NCBI GenBank assembly: GCA_030390025.1
Contig: CM059432.1
Coordinates: 63,676,001 to 63,740,000, forward strand
DNA: 64,000 nucleotides
DNA from: Squalus acanthias
Taxonomy: Eukaryota
Direction of reading: 5' to 3'
Part shown: piece after piece, positions 47,153-60,235 of the stretch
How the letters are laid out: every line of letters begins with the position of its first letter
Numbering within the stretch: the stretch's first letter is position 1
Notes under the pieces: model-generated
What the model was told of the DNA's origin: nothing
What the model saw: the letters and a program-made list of their open reading frames with translations, nothing else
The model's database searches: none
Made by a program: the position numbers and the translations under genes

Positions 47153-49161
47153 TCTCATTGAATGGCGGAGCAGGCTCGAAGGGCCGAATGGCCTACTACT
47201 ACTCCTGCTCCTATTTCTTATGTTCTTATGAAATGCATTGTCAAAAAGGTTAAAAGAAAGCACTATAACCCCTTCACAGGACTCTACAAAACAGAGAGGA
47301 GGAAAAAGACAAGAATACAGAAAAGTGATGTATTATTTTAAAGAGATAGCTAACGGGTTTCATAGCCTCTGAACAAATTTAAAAGTGAAAGTTAGAAAGA
47401 GGTGAAAGTGGTGGACAAAATGCAAAGGTGACTCAGGGAGGCTGTGGAAGGTATTAGAAACCAAAAGGTGAGTTAAACAGCTCAAAAATCGAATAGAATG
47501 CTGCAAAATCTGATGGTCTTACTAATTTTATTCTTTCTAATGCCTTTATTTATCATTAATGTCTTCACCTCTTGCCAACTTGAGAAAAAGTCGGTTTACA
47601 TCCTATAAAACCCCATTAGCTGTCTCTCTGTATTAGATTTCACATTACAGTAATCTTGTCCTTTATCTGTTGTTCTGTCTCTCTCTCTATTTTGTTCAGT
47701 GTCAAACAGGTCGTGCCACTTTCCCTTATCAGCTTTCATGAAGGCTAATAATGCTGAAACATTAACTTGTCTTTTCTCATTTCAAATGCTGCTGGATCTG
47801 CTGTCTATTCTCAGCAAGTTCTCTTTATTATATATTAGCATTTAGTTGATGACTTCAGTTAGTTTACTGCCAAGGATAAGGATTGTTTGATACCAATACA
47901 TTACATAACTCAGCGACAGAAAATATTGTAGTGAAATGTATTGTATATTGTAGATCATGAAATATATACAGGAGTAACACGTTTGTAAATAAGAGTTGAC
48001 TTGGCTGTAATGCTTCTAAGTATCATGCTCCATATCACTAACGCTACTTTGTATTTCACAGACCAATGTATGCTATGGTTTGTTATGGCATATAGGGCTA
48101 AAAATTCGAGGCCGCCACAAAAGTTGACAGTGTCACCATGGCCTCGGGATGATAGCTGCTGAAAATGAGCGAAGTGCTGCCAGAGAAAAATCTGTGCTGA
48201 GGGCGAAAAATTTGTAGCCCAGCGCTAACTTACCATGTAATGCTCTCCTGGTGGCATTAGTGCAGGCATCGGAATCAAAGTTCCCATCCAGAAGCAGCGT
48301 TCCAGCTTCCAACAGCCTCTGGAAGCGAGGCAATAGAGTTTGCTAGGCATTGTGGGAAATTAAAAGGGCAGTGCATTAAAAGGGCCATGCTTTCTGAACT
48401 AATAAAACTAAAAATGAAGTGAAAAAATGCAGTTTCAGCCCTTACTGCTATTTAAAAAAAATTAACATTAAAAAGAAGTCCCAATTGGGAGTTTTCAGCT
48501 CTTAAAGCTGAATTCCCTTCTAAACCTCAAAAAATGGGAAAAGTGCTTCAGCACTAACACAAATGGCTCAGCAAGCCAGGAAAGGGGCACCCAGGGTCTC
48601 GCATGCAGCACTCCAGCTTTGTGCAGGGGATCAACACAGCAAGAGAGGTCCTCTACCCACCAGAAAGAACAATGTAGGACTACATCACCAAGGCCGTCAC
48701 TGCCAGCAGTGTCGCCCCCACCACCTGGCTCCAGTGCCCAAAGCAGCTTCATGACCTCAGACCACTGGTCAAGGTCAGTGAATGCATCTTCAAAAGACGT
48801 CTCCTACCAACTGCACCACTAGCCTCACACACTGCTCAATGCACAACTCCTCCCCCCCAATCATGTGTCGACCAACAATCTGTACCAATCACAAGGCACA
48901 CCTCCCATTTTCGCATTCCTAGCCTCACCTCACCCCCTTGAAGGAGATGATGCAGGGCATTCTTGGCAGGGGCATGGCTGAGCCCTTGGCCCAGGGCTAT
49001 AAGATGCTGGTATCCTCATACGTTATCCTCCTTCTGGCATGCACCTCTTGCTTTCCCACCCTCCCCTCACCACAACTCCACCCTTGTGCCTTCCTCATTT
49101 CACACACCCAAGAAATGTAGCTGGCTGAGCCAATGATTGACCATGAAGAGGGAGAGGAAGT

Positions 49162-49228
49162 GAAGAAGAAGAAGAAGAAGAAGAGAAGAAGAAGAAGAAG
49201 AAGAAGAAGAAGAAGAAGAGAAGAAGAA
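49162..49228. repeat. (GAA)n microsatellite
   Basis: About 20 GAA units with two interruptions, in the Glu-coding tract of the decayed accessory gene. Confidence 0.9.
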
Positions 49229-49877
49229 ACACCATCACTCGATTTCACACTCCCAGCCACCAGTTCCTCAAGGTCGACCAGCAAAGCCATTTGCAGTGTC
49301 CCCTACTGAAAGTCAGCAGCCTTCCACCAGCCATGCTGCAGCCACAGGGGTAGCACTGCTAGACATCAGTAGGATAGGCAAAGGCACACACAAGACAGTC
49401 ACTAAGAGAATGCGTAAGGGTGATGAGTTGATTTCTTGATGCCATATTGGATGGATAGATGTATAAAGTTGGATTGGAAAGTTTGCCTTGTGGTTTTTAT
49501 TTCAGCATTGTGGCCAAGAGGACAATGTGATGGTCAGTAACAGAGGGAAGGTAAGGTGTGGGACAAATGTTGAAAGTGGAATTGGGCTTGTGGTCACTGG
49601 TACCACAGGCGGATGATTCCATCCCGGATATCCTGGCCAAAAAGGGACTGTCTGGGTTGCATCCTTCCATCTGCTTCCTCCTCTTCTGTTTCCTCCTCTT
49701 CTGTTTCCTCCTCTTCTGTTTCTCCTCTTCTGCTTCTTCCTCTTTGGCTTCTTCCTCTTCTGCATCTTCTTCTTCTGCATCTTCCTCTTCCCTCTGCGAG
49801 TGAATGCTGTAAATCTGAAATGACAGCATATGCTGGAAATACTCAACAGGTCAGGCAGCATCGCAACCTGAAACGTG

Positions 49878-52188
49878 GGGCTTGATTTTGCCAGGCCCGA
49901 GGAGGCGGGATTGGAGGCGTGTGAGGTGGTAAAATCGCAAAAAATGGCGGGCAGGATCGATCCCGCCTCCATCCCGCCTCCGAGCAATTTCTCCAAATGC
50001 GTGTTTTCTGATCCCATTTCCATCCCACCTCCAAGAGACAGGATAGGCCCTTAAGGCCCTTAACAACCAGTTAAGTGCCTCTATAATCCCATTTTGAGAG
50101 GCCTTTCTGATTTTACCACTTTTCCCACGTCGTGCACGTCTCCTCTGGAACACGCCAGTGAATCTTGGCGGCCTCACAAGTGGACTGCTTACTAACAGCT
50201 GCAGCCCCACCATTAAAAAGGAGTTTTCAGCAATCATCATTTGCAGGTGGCAGAACTTTGTTGTCTCAGGTCTGGAGGAACTTTTAGCAGGCATACCCAT
50301 TGTTGTGGAAGTTTGGAGCCTGACACCCATCTCCAGTGTGACCTCCTGGGAAACCCCTCTCGCCACCTTGACTGAGCGCTTCCTCAACTGAGGCATATAC
50401 CAGAAGCATGGGAACCATTTATTTCCTTTCCTCCTGGATATCAGATTCGGACGAAGACCAGCCGTGGCAGCAGCAGAACCATGAACAACAGCACCACCAA
50501 CAGCAGCAGCAACAACAGGAGCGCCAAGCTGCTACTCACCCACCTGAAGCTGCACAGGCCAGAAGGCGCCAGCACGCGACCACATTGCTGCCCGGGATGC
50601 AAGGGGCACACTCATCTTGGCCAGATTTGCTTAGCCTGCACAATCAAACACTTTTGCCTCGCACCTTCTTATCAGACCATCGACAATGGCCAAGAACCTG
50701 CGGATTCCTATCACTCTGACCACCATACTGACAATTGCAAGTCGCCCTAAGCCCTCAATGTGGAAGTCCCATTAGCGAAATGACACACGCCACAACTGCA
50801 ACAGTTTGCCATCAGAATTTTTTATGACAATAAGCAACTGATGGCTTTTCAAAATTAAACACAACATTACACCCAAGTGACTACCCTTGTGACTACTTGT
50901 GCATTATCTTCCTCTTACGCGTGTTCCTACGTGGTGCTTCCCCTGTGGCTTCAGCAGATGTGGAGGCCCCTTGCTCACTTTCTTGCTGCTCCTGTCTCGA
51001 CACCTTTGGCGGGCATCCTCTGGGGTTGCGAACCTGTGAGGGCTCGGCAACAGTCTGCTGCTCCTGCGGCTGTGCAGGGGTTGAGACGCCGATCTCAGTT
51101 GGGTGGGGACTCTGGTGGGGCTCTGACCGAGGGCTCTGCAGTGGCATTGTCATGTGAGCGCTTGGAGAGGAGCCCCCACTTCCTTGTTGTATGCCACCAA
51201 CATCCCTCTCATGGGTCAGCCCCACTTCAGAGCTAGCAAGTGGCTGGGCAGCACCTTGCTGCACTTCAGGGGAGCCATGAGGACCTGTTTCTGCACTGGA
51301 AGTTCTACTCCAGAGGACTTGCATGAAGGTCTGGTTTCTATGCTCAGTAGCTGACCATCGCTCCTCAAGAGATGTCAGTCTATTCTGAACAATTACCATG
51401 TTTTCCATATCCTGGCGACTAAGCTCCTCCATGGACGTAGCCATCCTCTCCTCTACCGTAGACATCCTTTCCTCTACGGTAGCCAGCCTTACCATGGAGG
51501 TAGCCATCCTTTCCAAGGAGGTTGCCTTCCTTTCCATGGTGATGCGTTCATGCGCCAATGCCTCCACAAAGGCTCTGCTCATGTTAGTGATGGACTCCTC
51601 CATCACTCCACACTCGCAGCGACCCTGGAGACAAAACCTGCCAGAGACTCCTGCACCTCTTCCTGGAGTTCCAGCATCGCTCTCCTTCTGGATGGACCCG
51701 GAGGCACAGGGTCGACATGCAGCGGAGCCGAGCTGGGAGCGTCCTCTCCACTGTGACGAGGACTCTCTACTGCTGTCCCTGTCTTCACCATCTGCTGATG
51801 CTCACTTGTGAGCTGTGATACACCAGGTGACAACTCTACTCTATGTCCCGAAGGTCCCACCGAGTTGTGAGTGTCTGCGCTGGTGCAGGGTGCGCTTAAT
51901 TCTGCTGACGGAGCGCCCTCAGAGGTTGCAGCATCCTCTGAGGAGTCTGGAAGCTCAGGCTCTTCCTCCTGGACAGTGGGGATGGGGGCTCTCAATGGTC
52001 CTGTGGGGGAGTAAAGGAAAGAGTTGGAGATGTGAGGTAAAGGTTGCATGCACATTGAATTGTGCAGATGATCAATTGCCCAATTAGGGGAAAATCGCAA
52101 TTTTTCAACACTTCACTTAGGAGTCGGGGTCCTGACATGAATCCCACCTGACACGCCCCAGCCCACCCACACTGGCAAAATCAAGCCC
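49878..52188. mobile_element. Internally deleted Harbinger (2311 bp) nested in 48095-52740
   Basis: Perfect 17-bp TIR GGGCTTGATTTTGCCAG; TSD GTG (49875-49877, 52189-52191); probable transposase N/C-terminal remnant at 50408-50635; accessory-gene exon on the minus strand. Confidence 0.9.
50893..52000 (-). pseudogene. Last exon of a Harbinger accessory gene with heptad coiled-coil repeat; frameshift near 51605
   Basis: Acceptor CCCCCACAG|G at 52000; ERITMER-KATSLER-MATSMVR-LATVEER-MSTVEER-MATSMEE; C-terminus STSAEATGEAPRRNTRKRK like the other accessory genes. Confidence 0.7.
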
Positions 52189-52800
52189 GTGAACTCTGTT
52201 TCTCTCTCCATGGATGTTGCCTGACCTGCTGAGTATTTGCAGCATTTTCTGTCATCTCAGAGGCCTTCCTTTACCATCTGAAGCCTTGCAAGCATCCAGC
52301 AGCACTCCCTACACACTTATAAAACCCTTAACATGTATTGCAGCAAGCCACTACTTCAATAAAATTACAAAAAAAACAGTCCAAAAGCTTAAATGCAAAC
52401 TTACCTGAAAGATTTGTGTGTCCCTTTAAGAGGTGCTGACAGCGCCTTTGTCAGTCTGCTGCACGCTAGGTTTATCTGGCGGGCTTAGGACACAGCGCTG
52501 AACTCAACGCAAAGGTTCAAGTTCCCTGAGGTGACGTTAAGTCGGCGTTGCACGCTGACTGACGTCACCTCTCCCTCATTTTACTTTTCAGGGCAATGGA
52601 TGTTATCAGCAGCGCTGCCGGGCCTGGGGAAATGGAGGACGCCACGGGACCCGCCACCAGCTGGCGAAAGATCGACAACCGCCCTCTTATCGCAACTTTT
52701 TGCCGGTAACAGGTGGTGTTAAGCCCCTGAAATTTAGCCCATAGTTTGTATAATGTAAAACAGTTGTGCTAAGGGGGTTTGTGCTACTTGTGGGAGACCA

Positions 52801-52957
52801 GGGGATGGAATTGGTCTTCACTGGTAGCCCAAAACAAGCGAAAATGAATCAGCAGTCGGTTTTACACACCACCCAATTTAAATCGGGCAGGGTGTATAAC
52901 CGAGTGCTGATTCGCTATCACCCGTTTTGCTCTATGACCAAGGTGAATTTCATCCCC
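52801..52957. mobile_element. Short hairpin MITE
   Basis: GGGGATGGAATT / AATTTCATCCCC ends; arms GAATCAGCAGTCGGTTTTACAC / GTGTATAACCGAGTGCTGATTC. Confidence 0.65.
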
Positions 52958-53410
52958 CAGGAGTTTTGAATGCACTATTGAAGATTTGAAGTCAATAGCA
53001 GTGCTTCAGCAAATTCTCAACACCAATGCAATTATAGCTCCCATGCTTTGCAAAACATAGCTTCTTGTGACAAGAAGTTATAGATTCTTGTGACAAGAAG
53101 TTATAGAAAGATTCTATAGTTTGTTTGCAGACAGTCATGCTTGTAAAAACTGCATGGAGATAGTTACTGTGTATCCTCAGATATGCATGGAAACAGAGAT
53201 CAAGAGAGACGAAAACAAAAATTGTGAATGCTGTTAAACCAAAATAGAAATAGAAAGCTGTGGAATTGCATAACAGGCTGATCAGCATCTGAGAGAAAGA
53301 TAGACTGATGTTTTGGATATGAGTCTTCATCCAAACTCATGACATAGGGTCTTAGCAGAAACATACATTTTTCTTTCTATTTCAGAAACTGAATGAGCTG
53401 AATTTTAATC

Positions 53411-54125
53411 GGCTGGAATTTGTGGTCAGAGGCGTAGCTCCGGTGTACTCCTCCGACCCGATAAAAAAATCCACACGTACCTGCTGGCTCCTGGGCTTCG
53501 GAGACTTCGGGTCCTGGGCCTGCAGGTATATGCCTGCGTAAAGGTACACGGATCCCAGGGACGCAGGCGGTTCGGAAACGTCCCTGGGATCACGTGGACC
53601 AGGTCCTCCAATCAGAAAGGAAGTTTCCTCATCAGGCTTATGGGGATTCCATTTACGAACGGAATTTCCATAAGCATATGAGGAATTCCCAAATAATTAA
53701 ATAATTTACACAACTGGAATAAAAATAAATGTTCCCATTTTCAAATTTAATTAAAAGTCCCTTTAAGGAAGAATTTACAATAAAATTTTAAATTTTTGAA
53801 AATTAATTTTAAACATTTTAATTCGGGCCAAAATTTACATAAACTATATTTAAATGTTTGTGTATGATTTTTTATTTTTATATTTTTAATTTAACATTTA
53901 CATTAACCCTTACGCTGGTGAAAGCAAGCCCTATGCCTGCTTTTACTAGGTGTAAGGTTCTCATGGGCATTTTCTGGGCAGTAGTACTGCGCCAACTAAA
54001 GTGATTTTTGGGTCGGTGCGATGATCTGTCAGGGCGAACCTTGACAGATCACAAGTTCCGGGTTTTCGCGCATGCGCAGCGCATGCGGATAACCGGAACT
54101 TGCGGGACCTTTTACAAAGTTTATG
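53411..54125. mobile_element. Partial non-autonomous Harbinger-type element
   Basis: Left end GGCTGGAATTTGTGGTC resembles the 7974-9106 TIR; GC-rich ends, AT-rich core, palindrome CAAGTTCCGG...GCGCATGCGCAGCGCATGCG...CCGGAACTTG; right end not seen. Confidence 0.5.
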
Positions 54126-54134
54126 ATGGCATGC

Positions 54135-56297
54135 ACTGGGACAAAATTAATAGTCACTTGGACAAGTATGGATTAATTAAGCAAAGCCAGCATGGATTTG
54201 TTAAAGGCAAATCATGTTTAACTAACTTGATTGAGTATTTTGAGGGTTGATGAGGGCAATGCGGTTGATGTGGTGTACATGTACTTCCAAAAGGTGTTTG
54301 ATAAAGTGCCACTAATAGGCTTGCCAGCAAAGTTGAAGCTCATGGAATAAAAGGGACTGTGGCAGCATGAATACGAAATTGGCTAAGTGACAGGAAACAG
54401 AGAGTAGTGGTGAATGGTTGTTTTTCGGACTGGAGGAAGGTATACTGTGGTGCTTCCCAGGGGTCGTTACTAGGACCACTGCTTTTGTTGATATATATTA
54501 ATGACTTGGACTTGGGTGTACAGGGCACAATTTCAAAATTTGCAGATAACACAAAACTTGGAAGTATAGTGAACAGTGAGGAGGATAGTGATAAGCTTCA
54601 AGAGGACATAGACAGGCTTGTGGAATGGGTGGACAAGTGGCAGATGAAATTTAACGCAGAAAAGTGCGAAGTGATACATTTTGGTAGGAAGAACCAGGAG
54701 AGGCAATATAAACTAAAGGGTACAATTCTAAAGGGGGTGCATGAACAGAGAGACCCAGGGGTATATGTGCACAGATCGTTAAAGGTGGCAGGGCAAGTTG
54801 AGAAAACAGTTAAAAAAGCATATGGGATCCTGGGCTTTACAAATAGAGGTATAGAGTACAAAAACAGGGAAGTTATGATGAACCTTTATAAAAAACTGGT
54901 TCGGCTTCAACTGGAGCATTGGGGGTGATTTTGCCAATGGGGAGCTTTTGGAGGCGGGACTCCCACTTGTCGGATTTCAGTCCAGCCTCCATCAACTTCT
55001 GGCCAACCCACGCTATTTTCCCTTGATTGACCCTGTTAAGCCCGCCCAGTGAGCTTAGCAGGCCAATAAAGGGAAAGCCGGTTGCAGAGAACGTCAACGT
55101 ATGACGTTTCATCCGTCAAAAATTTTTGACAGATGGATTGTCATCATTTGACAGCTCTGTGAAGCTGTCAAACAGTGACATTCTCTGTAGTTTGATGAGT
55201 CCTTGAATTCAAACCTCTTTCTTTTGCAGAAATTAGATGGTTGTTACATTGGAGAATGCAACGGCCATCTGTCATCTCTACCGCGGAGGTGCGAGACTCT
55301 CTGTATACCCACCAACTGAAGCCTGCAGGAAGAAACAAAGGTAAGTACACTTTTTCTCACACTTTCCACTTACCTCAGATACTCACCTCTCCACACTTGC
55401 ACCCATCACTTACCTTCACAGCACACTTTTGCACCCCTCCGACCCTCGCAGACCAACTACTTGCCTCGGTAACCCTGGCAGGGTTCGGAGCCTTCTGGAA
55501 GCCCGCACTTGTGTGGGCAAAATGGTGATAAGCCTATTTTCTGCCTGTTAACTACCTGTTAACAGGCAGTTAATTGACTTTAATCCCTTTCCGCCTCTAA
55601 GGAGACTGGACCCGGCGCGGAACGGCTACCCACCTCCTGGCATGATGGCATGGAGGCGGGTTGGGGGCGGGTTGGGCACCCGCCCCCAAATTCTGCCATT
55701 TTCCCAGCAGTCCCGCCTCCATACCCGCCTCCACAGGGCTGGCAAGATCGTGCCCATCGTGTCCAATTCTAGGCACCGCACATTAGAAGGATGTGAAGGC
55801 CTTAGAGAAGGTGCAGAAAAGATTTACAAGAATGGTTCCAGAGATGAGGGACTTCAGTTATGTGGATGGACTGGAAAAGCTGGGGTTGTTCTCCTTAGAG
55901 CAGAGAAGGCTGAGAGGAGATTTGATAGAGGTGTTCAAAATCATGAGGCGTCTAGACAGAGTAGAGAGAAACTGTTCCCATTGGCGGAAGGGTCAAGAAC
56001 CAGAGGACACAGATTTAAGGTGATTGGCTGAAGAACCAATGAGGAAAATCTTTTTTACGCAGTGAGTGGTTATGATCTGGAATGCACTGCCTTAAAGGGT
56101 GGTGAGGCAGATTCAATCGTGGCTTTCAAAAGGGAACTGGATAAGTACCTGAAGGAAAACAATTTGCAGGGCTACGGAGAAAGGGCGGGGAGTGGGACTA
56201 GCTGAAGTGCTCTTGCAGAGAGCCGGCACGGGCTCGACGGGCCGCATGACCTTCTTCTGTGCTGTAACCATTCTATGATTCTATTCTATGATTCTAT
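54135..56297 (+). mobile_element. 5'-truncated CR1, interrupted by a MITE
   Basis: QHGFVKGKSCLTNL, SQGSLLGP, KFADNTK, RRLRGDLIEVFK; (ATTCTATG)n tail. Confidence 0.88.
54921..55755. mobile_element. Non-autonomous Harbinger-type element (835 bp)
   Basis: Ends GGGGGTGATTTTGCCA / TGGCAAGATCGTGCCC; TSD ATT/ATC splitting CR1 CTGGAGC-ATT-GTGTCC. Confidence 0.8.
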
Positions 56298-57199
56298 GTG
56301 CGTACGCCGTCATGGGGAACGGAAAATCAAGGCCATTATTTTCTGCTTAAGATCAAGAGCTTCTAAGGCAAATCAGGAAGGGTTGCAGTGAGAATTCATG
56401 AGTATATTCTTAATATAATGTTGCATGCAATGTATCTTTTAGAAGTATTGTTAAAAGGGAAAATAAATATTGGACGATTGAATGTTTGGATGATTTGTGC
56501 TAATAATTACTTTGGACTGGTATATGAAGAAAAATGCATGCTGGAACGTGGAACTCTTGAGAATTCTTTCCAAAAAAATGCAGCCTTTTAGCCACAGAGG
56601 GAACCCTGATAACGATTTGATCTCCTGTGATTTTCTTTTGAGAAATGTGGCCAAGCTGCAAAACCATAATTGAGTCTTAAAGGAACAAAAGCCCAGAAGC
56701 TGTCAGTGTTTTTTAAGGTAGAAAATTAGTCTTCCACTTGTTAGGACATTTGGCAAAGATCCATATCTGTAGGTTTTACATATATCACCACAATGAGTTT
56801 TAACTGTGCTGAAAATGCAAATCTGAAGCTGGGGCATTATAAACATTGCCTCACACTGTCATTGCTTGTCAGATGGTAATTTTAAAACTGATCTATTAAT
56901 ATATATGTTTTTAATCTTGCCAATAAAATACAGCATTTTGCATTGATATACCAAAGAATAAATATCTGTGCAAGCTCATGGGAGTAAATGAAAATAAGAG
57001 AAGCACTGGAAAATCTTGATGCAAATTTCTTAAATGTTTCATACAATTATAGTATTTTTTCAAACGCTGGTGTGTGAACAGAACACTCTCGAGTCAGATT
57101 AGAAGTTATTTGTAATATTGTGTTGGTGAATGAAATGTGAAGGAGGTGCTTAGCTGCATTGTTTATACAGTCAGTTCCATTGCCGAATGAAAAGTTGTT

Positions 57200-59518
57200 A
57201 CTGGGACAGAGTTATGATTCAGAGTAGCTATTCACAGTGGCAGAAGGTGGGAAGTGTTGTTCCACAAGGATCAGCGCTGAGACCAATGTTTACAATTTAT
57301 ATTAACGATTTATATTTTGGAATCAAAAACACAATTTCTAAATTTGCGGTTGACACCAAATTGTGGGGGATGGTCAATACTGAGGAGGACTACAACAAGT
57401 TACACGAAGACATTAATAAACCTGCAGAATGGGCATATGATTGGCAAATGATGTTCAACACAGATAAATGTGAGGTATTACATGTGAGGTAAGAAAAATA
57501 GAGAGGTCATATATTACTTGGAAAATAAGAATCTAAATGGGGTAAAAGAGCAAAGGGATCTCGAAGTACAAATACACAAATCATTAAAAGTAGCGACGCA
57601 GGTTAATAAGGTCATAAAAAAAGCAAACCAAGCACTAGGGTTTATTTCTAGAGGGGCTGAATTGAAAAGTAGAGAAGTTATGCTAAACCTATATCGAACC
57701 TTGGTTAGGCCACACTGAGAGTACTACGTACAGTTCTTTCTTTTATATTCGTTCATGGGATGTGGGCGTCGTTGGCAAGGCCAGCATTTATTGCCCATCC
57801 CTAGTTGCCCTTGAGAAGGTGGCGGTGAGCCGCCTTCTTGAACCGCTGCAGTCTATGTGGTGAAGGTACTCCCACAGTGCTGCTAGAGAGGGCGTTCCAG
57901 GATTTTAACCCAGCGACGATGAAGGAATGGCGATATACTACCAAGTCAGGATAGTGTGTGACTTGGAGGGGAACTTGGAGGTGGTGGTGTTCCCATGCGC
58001 CTGCTGCCCTTGTCCTTCTAGGTGGTGGAGGTCGCAGGTTTGGGAGGTGCTGCCGAAGAAGCCTTGGCGAGTTGCTGCAGTGCATCTTGTAGATGGTACA
58101 CACTGCAGCCATGGTACGCCGGTGGTGGAGGGAGTGAATTTTTAAGGTGGTGGATGGGGTGCCAATCAAGTGGGCTGCTTTGTCTTGGGTGATGTCGAGC
58201 TTCTTGAGTGTTGTTGGAGCTGCACTCATCCAGGCAAGTGAAGAGTATTCCATCACACTCCTGACTTGTGCCTTGTAGATGGTGGAAAGGCTTTGGGGAG
58301 TCAGGAGGTGAGACACTCGCCACAGAATACCCAGCCTCTGATCTGCTCTTGTTACCACAGTATTTATGTGGCTGGTCCAGTTAAGTTTCTGGTCAATGGT
58401 GACCCCCAGGATATTGATGGTGGGGGATTCGGTGATGGTAATGTCGTTGAATGTCAAGGGGTGGTGGTTAGACGCTCGCTTGTTGGAGATAGTCATTGCC
58501 TGGCACTTGTGTGGCGTGAATGTTACCTGCCACTTAACAGCCCAAGCTTGAATGTCATCCGTCCAGGTCTTGCTGCATGCGGGCATGGACTGCTTCATTA
58601 TCTGAGGAGTTGCGAATGGCACTGAACATTGTGCAGTCATCAGCGAACATCCCCACTTCTGACCTTATGATGGAGGGAAGTTCATTGATGAAGCAGCTTA
58701 AGATGGTTGTGCCTCGGACACTGCCCTGAGGAACTCCTGCAGCGATGTCCTGGGGCTGTGATGATTGACCTCCAACCACCACAACCATCTTCCTTTGTGC
58801 TAGGTATGACTCCAGCCAGTGAAGAGTTTCCCCCCATTGACATTGACTTCAGTTTTACTAGGGCTCCTTGATGCCACACTCGGTCAAATGCTACCTTGAT
58901 GTCAAGGGCAGTCACTCTCACCTCACCTCTGGAATTCAGCTCTTTTGCCCATGTTTGGACCAAGGCTGTAATGAGGTCTGGAGCCATATTATAAAAATGA
59001 TATAGAGGCATTGGAGAGGGTGCAGAGAAGAATTACAAGGATGATACCAGAAATGCGAGGGTATACATATCAGGAAAGGATGTATAGGCTGGATCTCTTT
59101 TCTCTTGAAAAAAGAAGGCTGTGGGTTATCTAATAGAGGTCTTTAAAATTATGAAAGGTTTTGATAGAGTGGATACAGAGAGAGTGTTTCCACTTGTGGA
59201 GAAGAGCATAATTAGAGGCCATCAATATAAGATAGTCACCAAGAAATCCAATAGGGAATTCAGAAGAAACTTCTTTACCAAAAGAGTGGTGAGAATGTGG
59301 AACTCGCTACTACAGGGAGTGGTTGAAGCAAATAATATGGATGCATTTAAGGGGAGGCTAGCCAAGCATATGACGGAGAAGGGAATAGAGGGCTACGCTG
59401 ATAGATTTAGATGAGGAAAGATGGGAGGAGACTTGCGTGGAGCATAAACGCCGGCATGGACTGGTTGAGCCGAATGGCCTGTTTCTGCGCCGTATATCCT
59501 ATGTAATCTTATGTAATT
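57200..59518 (+). mobile_element. 5'-truncated CR1, interrupted by another LINE
   Basis: VPQGSAL...[21 protein letters not shown]; resumes near 58987 (…ALERVQRR…, FFTKRVVRMWNSL). Confidence 0.8.
57740..58986 (-). mobile_element. 5'-truncated copy of the tRNA-headed LINE family
   Basis: DIKVAFDRVWHQG, GVPQGSV, FADD, ILGVTIDQKLNW; colinear with 25735-26980. Confidence 0.88.
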
Positions 59519-59959
59519 TGGAACTCCCTCCCCAAACAGCTGCTGAGGCTAGGTCAATTAAAAATGTAAAAACTGAGATTAATAGATTTTTGTTAGGCAA
59601 GGTTATTAAGGTTTACGGAACAAGGCGGGTATTTGGTGTTAAGATACAGATCAGCCATGATCTAACCGACTGGTGGAACAGGCTCAAGGAGCTGAATGGC
59701 CTTCTCCTGTTCCTATGTAGGTTGTCTACTTTCTCTGCTTCATTACACACAACTAAGGCATGTAAATTTAATAGCTGGATCGCTAAATTTATCAACCATA
59801 TTGCTTGACACGATAATCTCTTTTTAGTCAGATTAGGATTGGGAGTGGAGGAAGGAGTTGCAGCCACATGTGAAATTCCATGAACTGAGATCAGGCTGTC
59901 AACTGCTTGCCTGCCATCAAGTTGTGGACGAGTCAAAACTTCCTCCAACTGAACATCAG

Positions 59960-60235
59960 GAAAATCAAAGCCTTAATTTTCAGTTCCCGCCATCAATTCC
60001 ATTCTCTTGCCATTGACTCCATCTGCCTCCCTGGTTACTTGCTCAGGTTGAACCAGAGTGCGTGAAACCTAGGCGTCTTACTTGACCTAGAGCTGAACTT
60101 CAAACCCCATATCTTGTCTATCACTATGACCTCTTACATTCACCTCCACAATATTGCTTGCCTCCACCCCTACCTCATCCCTGCTGCCGCCGAGACCCTT
60201 AACCAAGCTTTTGTCACCTCTAGACTTGATTTCTT
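59960..60235 (+). mobile_element. L2 fragment
   Basis: NLGVLLDLELNFKPHI...AETLNQAFVTSRLD. Confidence 0.7.

Larger units (their letters stand above)
44220..47228 (+). mobile_element. CR1 LINE with both ends but an internal deletion of the endonuclease
   Basis: 6-bp TSD TGAAAT (44214-44219, 47229-47234); 5'UTR with duplicated GCTATTGGGAGCAGCAG.GAGAGCGGAC; ORF1 joins mid-ORF2 near 45303; (TTCTTATG)n tail. Confidence 0.9.
48095..52740 (+). mobile_element. Non-autonomous Harbinger derivative (same family as 10300-12600) carrying a nested Harbinger
   Basis: TIRs GGGCTAAAAATT / GGGCTAAATTT; TSD ATA (48092-48094, 52741-52743). Confidence 0.85.

Noticed and set aside
53062..53107. Tandem duplication of about 23 bp, TTCTTGTGACAAGAAGTTATAGA
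   Set aside because: Simple local duplication with no further copies or context
56388..56720. Short ORFs in unique AT-rich sequence
   Set aside because: No recognisable protein and ambiguous splice signals on both strands
59613..59948. 111-aa minus-strand ORF
   Set aside because: Runs into a CR1 3' fragment; the unique half is unrecognised and lacks a clear donor
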